A stretch of DNA of 64,000 nt from the NCBI GenBank assembly GCA_965199955.1, contig CBDATQ010000002.1, positions 832,001 through 896,000 of the forward strand, read 5' to 3'. Under the pieces are notes generated by a model. That model had not been told where the DNA came from, searched no databases, and saw only the letters and a program-made list of their open reading frames with translations. This stretch comes from Spirochaetia bacterium (lineage in GTDB: Bacteria > Spirochaetota > Spirochaetia > SZUA-6 > Bin103). A program made the translations under genes and the position numbers. Shown in pieces: positions 56,685 to 64,000 of this stretch. Position 1 is the first letter of the stretch. The number at the start of each line of letters is the position of its first letter.

Positions 56685-57593
56685 ATGGAGCTGGTCCTCA
56701 GTTACACCGCCGCCACGGCTGCCGCGGCCGGCAAGCTCGCCACCGTCCTGAACGCGCACCGCGCCCGGCGTGCGCCGACCACCGTCTTCGTGGCCGGCCG
56801 GGTCGCCGAGATCGAGCGCGAGGTGCTGCTGCCGGTGATCGAGGCGGCCGGCGACCTGGCCGACGTGAACAGCGCCACCTACCGTCATGCGCGCGTGCTG
56901 CGCAAGCCGCCGTGGTCGATCCCGCAGCCGTCCGACCGGCTGATCGCGGAGGAGATCACGCGCGGCGCCCTGGCGGTGCGCGAGACCCTGGGCCGGCCCT
57001 GCCGCGGCGTGCGTCCCGCCGAGGGGGCAGGCGCCGGTTTCCGGGGCTGGGCCGCGAACCTGTCGGCGATGCGGGACGCCGGCCTGCGCTGGTCGTCCGC
57101 CTACGTGCGCTCGACCTACGGCGACACCGCGCCCGGAGACCTGTGCGGCCCGTTCCGCTATGCCGACGAAGGGTACCCAGACCTGCTGGAGCTCCCCTCG
57201 CACGGCTGGCCGGACGCGGCCCTCAAGGAGCGCGACGCCGGAGCCCAGCAACGCATCGTGCGCTGGCCGAGTCCCTTCGCCTATCCGGACGGGCTGGTGG
57301 AGACGCCGGAGCAGGAGCTCGCCGTGCACGGCGCCACGATCGCCGCCGCCCGTGACGCCGGCCTGCCGTACTGCTGCCTGGCCTTCGACGCCGATTCCAC
57401 GGTCCGGCCCGAGGACCCGGGAGCGCGCGTCGTCGACCTGCTGATCGACCATGCCGCCACGGAGGGTCTGGCGCTCACCACTCTCGACGAGCTGGCCGGC
57501 CGCTTCGCTGCTGCCGCCCCGGCAACGCTCGCCGCCCCCGAGTTGCCGCCGAGCCGGGCGGCCGACTTCGACCCGGGCACGCTGTTCGCCTGA
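56685..57593 (+). CDS. Polysaccharide deacetylase-like protein (atypical metal site)
   Basis: PTTVFVAG, DVNSATYRH, RGVRP, LLELPSHGWPD; tandem paralog downstream. Confidence 0.65.
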   Translation: MELVLSYTAATAAAAGKLATVLNAHRARRAPTTVFVAGRVAEIEREVLLPVIEAAGDLADVNSATYRHARVLRKPPWSIPQPSDRLIAEEITRGALAVRETLGRPCRGVRPAEGAGAGFRGWAANLSAMRDAGLRWSSAYVRSTYGDTAPGDLCGPFRYADEGYPDLLELPSHGWPDAALKERDAGAQQRIVRWPSPFAYPDGLVETPEQELAVHGATIAAARDAGLPYCCLAFDADSTVRPEDPGARVVDLLIDHAATEGLALTTLDELAGRFAAAAPATLAAPELPPSRAADFDPGTLFA

Positions 57594-58494
57594 TGCGCGT
57601 CGTCTTCACGTACGACACCGAGGAGCCGGGCCTGTGCATCCCGGCGTTGCGGGTGATCACCCGCGTGCACCGGCGGTTCGACGCGCCGATGACACTGTTC
57701 GTGGTGGGCGAGCTGGCCGCCGGCGCGGAGGGGCCGGCGCTCAGGCGCCTGCTCGACGAGACGCCGGATCTGCACGACGTCAACAGCCACACCTGGAGTC
57801 ACTCGCGGCTGATCTGCAAGAACCCGTGGTCGCTGCCGGTGAGTTCATCCATGCGGAAACCGCGCGCGGCGTGGCGGCGATCCGCGACCGGTTCGACCGG
57901 CCCTGCCGCGGCTTTCGCCCCCGCTCCGGGGCCGGCTGCGGCTTTCGCGGCTGCCCGGAGAACCTCTTCGCGCTGCGCGCCGCCGGCTGCGAGTGGAGCT
58001 CCGCCTACCTCAAGTCGGCCTTCGAGGACTCGCTGCCCGGCGACCTGCACGGGCCGTTCAGCTACGCCGGCGACGGCTACGACGACCTGCTGGAGCTGCC
58101 AGGGCATGGCTGGCAGGACGCGCTGGTCAAGGACTACGGGCGCGGCCTGCAGTACGCGGTGCGCTGGCCGTCGCCGTTCGCCTGCCCGCGGCGTCTGGTG
58201 GAGACTCCGGCCGAGGAGTTCGCCGTGCACCGGCGCACGCTGGACGCCGCCTGCGAGGTCGGCCTGTCGTTCTGCTGCTTCGTGCTCCACCCGTGGACGA
58301 TGATCCGCCGCCAGGATCCTGACGGCGAGTGCATCGACCTGCTGCTGCGGCTGGCGCGCGAGCGGGGGCACGAGGTCACCACCCTCGACGCCGAGGCGAG
58401 GCGCTGCCGGGAGCAGCCAAACCTGCTGTCGCCGGCGCCGCCAATTCCGCCGCAGCGCACGCGCGGCTACGATGTCGCCCGAAACTTCGCCTGA
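57593..58494 (+). pseudogene. Polysaccharide deacetylase family gene, frameshifted near 57840
   Basis: FTYDTE, TLFVVG, NSHTWSH in one frame; EFIHAETARG..RGFRP..LELPGHGWQD..LHPW continues in another frame. Confidence 0.75.
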
Positions 58495-58511
58495 GCCGAG
58501 GTCCCCGGAAC

Positions 58512-59900
58512 ATGAGCGCAAGCCCGAACGTGATCGTTTTCTTCACCGACCAGCAGCGCTGGGACACCGCCGGCATCCACGGCAACCCGGCCGGCCTGAC
58601 GCCCAACTTCGACCGCTTCGCCGCGCGCGGCACGCACCTCGCCCACACCTTCACCTGCCAGCCGGTGTGCGGGCCGGCCCGCTCCTGCCTGCAGACCGGC
58701 CTGTACGCCACCGAGACCGGCGTGTTCCGCAACGCGATCACCCTCGACCCGGCCCTGCCCACGCTGCCCGATCACTTCCACGGCGCCGGCTACGACACCG
58801 CCTACGTCGGCAAGTGGCACCTGGCGCCGCGCGGCTGCATCGGCCCGGTGGCGGCCGAGCACCGCGGCCGGTACGACTACTGGCTGGCCTCCAACGTGCT
58901 GGAGTACACCTCGGACGCATACCGGACGACCCTGTACGACGGCGACGAGAAGCCGGTGGACTTGCCCGGCTACCGCGTCGACGCCATGGCGGACGCCGCC
59001 ATCCGCTACCTGGACGGCCGCGACGGCGGACCGCGCGACCGGCCGTTCCTGCTGTTCCTGTCCTTCATCGAGCCGCACCACCAGAACCACCGCGACGACT
59101 ACCCCGCGCCCGACGGCTACGAGGAGCGCTACACCGGCGCCTGGGTGCCGCCCGACCTGGCCGCGCTCGGCGGATCGACGCAGCAGCACCTGCCCGGCTA
59201 CTACGGCATGGTCAAGCGGCTGGACGAGGCTTTCGGCCGCCTGCTGGACGCGCTCTGCAGCCTGGGCATGGCCGACGACACCGTGGTGCTCTACACCTCC
59301 GACCACGGCAACCACTTCAAGACCCGCAACGGCGAGTACAAGCGCGCCTGCCACGAGTCGGCGATCCGCGTGCCGACCGCGCTGGGCGGCCCCGGCTTCG
59401 ACGGCGGCGGCCGCGTCGAGGATCTGGTCAGCCTGATCGACCTGCCGCCGACGCTGCTGGACGCCGCCGGGATCGAGGTGCCGGCTGCGATGCAGGGCCG
59501 TTCGGTGCTGCCGCTGGCGGGCGCCGGGCCGGTCGATCCCGCGTGGCCGGACCAGGTCTTCGTGCAGATCTCGGAATCCCAGGTCGGCCGCGCGCTGCGC
59601 ACGAAGCGCTGGAAGTACTCGGTGAGTGCGCCGGAACTGGACGGCGGCCAGGTGCCGGCGGCCGACCGCTACGTCGAGGAATTCCTGTACGATCTGCGCG
59701 CCGACCGCTACGAGCTCTGCAACCTGGCCGGCAACCCCAGGCATGCCGAGGTGGCGGCCCTGCTCCGGCAGCGGCTACTCGGCTGCATCCGCGACGTGGA
59801 GGGCAGGGAGCCGGTCATCGAGCCGGTCGCCGAGCATCGGCGATCGGGACAGATCAACCCGGAGCCCATCGACCTGGAGGAGCTCCGCCTGCCGGACTGA
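58512..59900 (+). CDS. Cys-type sulfatase
   Basis: NVIVFFTDQQR, CGPARS..TG, GKWHL, EPHHQN, SDHG, LYDL..D.YE..NL. Confidence 0.92.
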   Translation: MSASPNVIVFFTDQQRWDTAGIHGNPAGLTPNFDRFAARGTHLAHTFTCQPVCGPARSCLQTGLYATETGVFRNAITLDPALPTLPDHFHGAGYDTAYVGKWHLAPRGCIGPVAAEHRGRYDYWLASNVLEYTSDAYRTTLYDGDEKPVDLPGYRVDAMADAAIRYLDGRDGGPRDRPFLLFLSFIEPHHQNHRDDYPAPDGYEERYTGAWVPPDLAALGGSTQQHLPGYYGMVKRLDEAFGRLLDALCSLGMADDTVVLYTSDHGNHFKTRNGEYKRACHESAIRVPTALGGPGFDGGGRVEDLVSLIDLPPTLLDAAGIEVPAAMQGRSVLPLAGAGPVDPAWPDQVFVQISESQVGRALRTKRWKYSVSAPELDGGQVPAADRYVEEFLYDLRADRYELCNLAGNPRHAEVAALLRQRLLGCIRDVEGREPVIEPVAEHRRSGQINPEPIDLEELRLPD

Positions 59901-59974
59901 GTGCGCGGCTCGGATGACCGGCCCGTTGTTGACAGAGGAATCGGACGCGCCGACACTTCCGAGCGGAAGCTGAC

Positions 59975-60613
59975 ATGGCCATCGCGGTTGCCTCTGAACA
60001 GGCCGACGGACTGCGCGTCGTCACGCACGACGACTGCACGCTCGCCGACTTGTCCGCCCTGCAGGGGTACTGGACCCAGGCGCAGTACCTCAAGCTGACG
60101 AATGACGGCAATCGCCTGATCGAGTTCACCGACGGACGCATCGAGTTTCTGCCCATGCCCACGCAACGACACCAGGCGATTTCGCGGTTCCTGTTCCGGG
60201 CCCTGGATTCTCTCGTTCGCGAAATCGGCGGCGAGGTGTTCTACGCCCCCTTGCGTCTGCGGATCCGTGACGGCAAGTTCCGCGAGCCGGATCTGCTGCT
60301 CGTCCGCGACGCCGGGGACCCTCGCTGTCGGGACGACTATTGGCTCGGTGCAGACGTGGTCATGGAGGTGATCAGTCCCGACAATCCGGACCGGGACGTC
60401 GTCGACAAGCGCATGGACTACGCGGAGGCGGGCATCCCCGAGTACTGGATCGCCAACCCCATGGACGAGACCGTGACCGTGCTCGTCCTTGCGGACGGAG
60501 AGTACCGGGAACACGGCGTATTCCGACCGGGAGAGCACGCCGCTTCGTCGGGGTTGCCCGGCTTCTCGGTCGACGTGCGGGAGACGTTTGGGCTACCGGG
60601 TCGACCTGGATGA
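59975..60613 (+). CDS. Uma2 (DUF820) family endonuclease
   Basis: IEFTDG, PT..HQ, EPDL, EVISP, DK..DYAEAGIPEYWI; TTGACA-17-GACACT upstream. Confidence 0.9.
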   Translation: MAIAVASEQADGLRVVTHDDCTLADLSALQGYWTQAQYLKLTNDGNRLIEFTDGRIEFLPMPTQRHQAISRFLFRALDSLVREIGGEVFYAPLRLRIRDGKFREPDLLLVRDAGDPRCRDDYWLGADVVMEVISPDNPDRDVVDKRMDYAEAGIPEYWIANPMDETVTVLVLADGEYREHGVFRPGEHAASSGLPGFSVDVRETFGLPGRPG

Positions 60614-60717
60614 TCCCGAGGCGGACCGGCCGCCCGACGACTGGGAGTGCGGCCCGTACCGCAACCTCACGCTCTCAGGACGGCAGCCGCTCGCCGCGCT
60701 GCTCGCGCAACGAGCAT

Positions 60718-60810
60718 TCATGGACCGATGTGGCGTGACGGATCAACGTAATGCCACTTCACGACCCGCGGATTCTTGTTGTATTCGCGGATGTATCTCA
60801 TCAGCTTTTG
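60718..60810 (-). pseudogene. C-terminal stub of an IS630-like transposase
   Basis: QKLMRYIREYNKNPRVVKWHYVDPSRHI; locally lower GC. Confidence 0.55.
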
Positions 60811-61003
60811 ATCGCGCGCATCAGGTCCCAGTCCGGCACTTCGGCGGACACGAACGGGAACAGGCTCCGGATGCGCCGCGACCGCTGAGCGGGTTGACGC
60901 CGTCGCGCCGGAGCTTCGCGGGGCTTCCCGTTTTCCGCAACTATGCTGCGGAAAAGAGACATTTTTCCCCAAGTGAGCTGAGGATTCCTGGAATGGCGGG
61001 TCC

Positions 61004-62449
61004 TCAGGCGTCGCGGATGTAGACGGCGAACAGGCGGGCGTCCTCGGCGCGGATGCCGCGGAAGTCCAGCTTGACCCGGTACGGACCGAGCCGTGACGGC
61101 ACGGTCGCGCCGGGCGGCCACCGCACCGGCAAGTCCAGCCCGTCGGAGCCGATGACGGCGGCATCGCTGCCCGAATAGCCGGCGATCGGCCGGAAGCGCT
61201 CGTCGACCAGCTCGACGGCGATCTGGGAGTGCGGCCCAAGGCCGCTCACGTTGAGGCTTACCGCGGTATCGCCGGTCGGCTCCAGCGCGCAGCTCAGCGC
61301 GTGCGGGGCCGGCAGCGGCAGCAGCGTCTTCTCGCGGAAGACCGACAGCGAGCCGAGCCGGTCGCGCTCCCAGGTCGCCAGGCGCACGTCGCTGCCCGCC
61401 CACAGCTCGTACCAGAACAGGGTGCGGTCGCCGCGGTTGAGCATCCCCTGACCCTGCATCAGCGCCGGTGCGCTGCCGGGCGCCAAGCCGGGCTCCTCCA
61501 GCGCCGGGATGAACAGGAAGTCCGGCACCGGCTCGCGGAAGTCCAGGGCGTCCTGGCTGACCAGCAGCCCCAGGTCCATGGTGATGAAGCGGCGGTTGCC
61601 GCTCGGCGTGCCGTGCCACATGCCGTACACGCCGACGATCACGTTGCCGCGGTCCCAGCAGCAGGTGCCCAGGTGCACCTCCTCGGCAGTGTTCCAGTTG
61701 TGCATCACCTGTCGCGGCGGCAGGTTGTCGCGCCGGAAGCCGAGCGCCGACGCCTGCGTCCAGCGCTCGAAGTCGTAGGACGCGAAGGTCACCAGCTTGC
61801 GCGCCCGGCCCCACTGAGAGCCGTGCCAGCCAAACTCGTCCTGGCCGTTGACGTAGTAGCAGCCGCCCCACCTGATCAGGCCGGCCATCTCCATCGGCGG
61901 CCCGACCGGGTTGCAGTCGGGCACCTCCCAGCGCAGCCCGTCGGCGCTGAAGGCGACCGCCAGCCCGTTTCCGTACAGCCCCGACTCGATGCACATCTTG
62001 AAGCGCCGCGATGGGTCCGGATCGTCGGGGTCGTGGATGACGGGCGCGGCGCTGATCACCGGATCGCCGCCGAACAGGTCGACGATATTGTTGTCGCGGC
62101 TGCCGCCGTACTCGACCAGGCCGAGCGACGGCTTCTCCCAGTGCTCGCCGTCCTGGCTGACCGCGTAGCAGACGCGCCGGCCGCCTTCGTCGAGCGACCC
62201 GCTGCTCTCGTACCACATGCGGAGCTCGCCATCGACCTCCGCCACCGCGCCGTAGTAGCGCACGCCGGCGTCGTCCGGGGCGCCTTGCGGGCCGCGGCCG
62301 ACCACGATCGGGTTGGACTCGCCCGGCTCCTTGCCGGGCACCAAGTCCAGCTTCAGGCCCGTGGTGTAGCGGAGGCTGTACTCGTCGAAGGCGAACAGGA
62401 CCGCCTCGGCGACCGGCCCGTTGGTGCTGCCGTTGCGTACGTCGATCAC
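61004..62449 (-). CDS. Beta-propeller glycosidase-like protein, subfamily A
   Basis: LRMWY, SQDGEHWEKPSLG, YYVNGQ, TFASYDFERWTQAS; paralog of 14580-16094. Confidence 0.75.
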   Translation of the reverse strand: MIDVRNGSTNGPVAEAVLFAFDEYSLRYTTGLKLDLVPGKEPGESNPIVVGRGPQGAPDDAGVRYYGAVAEVDGELRMWYESSGSLDEGGRRVCYAVSQDGEHWEKPSLGLVEYGGSRDNNIVDLFGGDPVISAAPVIHDPDDPDPSRRFKMCIESGLYGNGLAVAFSADGLRWEVPDCNPVGPPMEMAGLIRWGGCYYVNGQDEFGWHGSQWGRARKLVTFASYDFERWTQASALGFRRDNLPPRQVMHNWNTAEEVHLGTCCWDRGNVIVGVYGMWHGTPSGNRRFITMDLGLLVSQDALDFREPVPDFLFIPALEEPGLAPGSAPALMQGQGMLNRGDRTLFWYELWAGSDVRLATWERDRLGSLSVFREKTLLPLPAPHALSCALEPTGDTAVSLNVSGLGPHSQIAVELVDERFRPIAGYSGSDAAVIGSDGLDLPVRWPPGATVPSRLGPYRVKLDFRGIRAEDARLFAVYIRDA

Positions 62450-62462
62450 GGGCCAGCCTTGC

Positions 62463-63293
62463 CTACACGCCGGCCGGAACGCCGAACGGGCGACCCGAGA
62501 TCACCGCCGGCATCGGCCAGACCGGGCCCTCGCGCACCGCGAACTTGTCGCCCAGCCCGCACAGCCACATGAACTGGCGGGCGGCGTCGCGCGAGCTGCG
62601 GTACTGCTCGCCGAAGCGGGGCTCCTCCAGCCAGTAGTTCGCGGTGGCGAAGTCGAAGTCCGCCTCGCGGATCCAGTCGCGCGTGGGCGGCGCGGTGCGG
62701 TGATAGGTGGCGGTGAGCATGTGGCGCATGCCGGTGGCGGTCGCGTGGGCGCGCCGGTGCCACGTGGCGTAGGCGGTGAAGTAGATGCTGCCCGCCGGCG
62801 CGGTCGATTTCCAGGTGCCGCGGATCGAGTCGTAGTGGGCCATGAAGCGGACCTGGTTGGTGACGTGATGGGAGCCGGGGACGAACTCGGTCGGCCCCAT
62901 CTCTTCCGGGCAGGCGGTCGGGTAATAGAACCACTTCAGCGTGTTGAGCTGCCCGTCGAACATCGAGCCGCCGTCGATGTGCCACTGGTTGGCCGCCACC
63001 GGGCTCGCCTCCCGGAACCAAGTGGCCCAGTTGGGGAGCGCGAAGTTGGCGCCCAGCAGCGAGCGCGCGGCGCCTGCCGCCGCCGGGTTGCACAGCACCG
63101 ACTCCACGAACCAGCCCTGCTCGGTGAAGGAGTGCATCTGGCGTCCGCCCCGGTCCCACTGCTCGTCCATGGCGGCGATCACGCGCTCGTTTACCTCGGG
63201 CGGCACGGCGCCCTCAATCATGTGGTAGCCGTTCTTGCAGAATTCGAGGACCTGCGTGTCGGTCAGCGTCGGCTCGCAATCATGGGTCTGCAT
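62463..63293 (-). CDS. PhyH-family dioxygenase
   Basis: EFCKNGY, WHID, EMGPTEFVPGSH, TWHRR; paralog of 28780-29631. Confidence 0.85.
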   Translation of the reverse strand: MQTHDCEPTLTDTQVLEFCKNGYHMIEGAVPPEVNERVIAAMDEQWDRGGRQMHSFTEQGWFVESVLCNPAAAGAARSLLGANFALPNWATWFREASPVAANQWHIDGGSMFDGQLNTLKWFYYPTACPEEMGPTEFVPGSHHVTNQVRFMAHYDSIRGTWKSTAPAGSIYFTAYATWHRRAHATATGMRHMLTATYHRTAPPTRDWIREADFDFATANYWLEEPRFGEQYRSSRDAARQFMWLCGLGDKFAVREGPVWPMPAVISGRPFGVPAGV

Positions 63294-63298
63294 GGGGC

Positions 63299-63310
63299 CG
63301 AGTATACTCG
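63299..63310. promoter_or_regulatory. Candidate bidirectional leaderless promoter
   Basis: Perfect palindrome CGAGTATACTCG gives TATACT on both strands, 6 nt before ATG 63315 (+) and 7 nt before ATG 63293 (-). Confidence 0.7.
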
Positions 63311-63314
63311 CCTC

Positions 63315-64000
63315 ATGGCAGTCATTTCTCACGACATGGACAACTTCAACTTGGCGGTGAACACGCACGTGGACCCGCGCCGCGCGGAGGCGGTGCCGGT
63401 CGGCGACGACCGCCAGCTCCTGGTGGACGACTTCTTCCTGGCCATGGGCCGCGGCCACGAGCAGTACCCGCGCAACATCGCCTGGACCCTGGGCAGCGTG
63501 GACAAGCACGGCGCGCCGCTGTTCGAGGGGGAGCAGCCGTGGGAGGACAGCTCGGCCTGGCTGACGGTCCTGAAGGACGGGGGGCGCTACCGCATGTGGT
63601 ACAACACCTATCATCAGGAGGCGCGCCGCGGCCTGTTCCTGAGCTACGCGGAGTCCGACGACGGCGTGGAGTTCACGCGCCGCGAGCTGGGTCTGGTCGA
63701 GGTGGCCGGCTCCACCCGCAACAACGTCGTCGCCTGAACGGCGTCTCGCCGGAGTCGGGCAACGTCTTCATCGACCCCAACGCGCTCGATGGCGAGCGCT
63801 ACAAGCTGATCTACACCGACTGGGCAGGCCCGGAGGTTCACGAGCTGCCGTTCACGCACAACGTCGGCATGCTGCGCGGCGCCGCTTCGCCCGACGGTCT
63901 CTCCTGGACCCGCTACTACGACAACTTCCTGGGCAAGTACTGCGACTCGCAGAACAGCGCGTGCTGGGACCGGACCCTGGGCCGCTACGTCGTCTATCAC
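63315..64000 (+). pseudogene. Beta-propeller glycosidase-like gene (subfamily A) with an apparent 1-nt frameshift near 63734; runs off the window
   Basis: RQLLVDD, YRMWY, SDDGVEFTR..LG, NNVV then TGA; NVFIDPN..ERYKLIY..SPDGLSW..CDSQN..WD continues in another frame. Confidence 0.7.

Noticed and set aside
3418..63293. Possible Fe/2OG halogenases among the PhyH genes
   Set aside because: All retain the HxD carboxylate ligand.
63735..63737. Selenocysteine or readthrough at TGA
   Set aside because: Family-like sequence continues in a different frame, not in frame.

Overview
High-GC bacterial DNA, densely coding, with no rRNA, tRNA or CRISPR array that I can see. Most of the window encodes catabolism of small organics and glycans: seven PhyH-family Fe(II)/2-oxoglutarate dioxygenase domains (one fused to a carbon-nitrogen hydrolase), seven uncharacterised beta-propeller glycosidase-like genes in two subfamilies, two Cys-type sulfatases, a GH29 alpha-L-fucosidase, a PcRGLX/YetA-like lyase, two polysaccharide-deacetylase-like genes, a sugar ABC importer ending in a CRTAC1/ASPIC-UnbV gene, a heterodimeric ABC exporter, a fused OppD-OppF ATPase and several oxidoreductases/dehydratases. 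Between these lie six toxin-antitoxin pairs (2 MNT-HEPN, 3 VapBC-type, 1 MazEF-type), a Uma2 nuclease, one intact IS1634-family element (25678-27669; 12-bp terminal inverted repeats, ACTAAA target duplication) and many short gene relics. The most notable observations are: (1) a ~125-aa protein of no family I recognise occurs twice, each time tightly coupled upstream of a different PhyH subfamily, making it a candidate dioxygenase partner module; (2) a 21-bp divergent intergenic region with a perfect palindrome that supplies TATACT on both strands, a candidate leaderless bidirectional promoter, fitting a window-wide leaderless signature; (3) a PhyH-nitrilase fusion heading a coupled four-gene operon. 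All product calls come from motif recognition by eye; no database searches were run.
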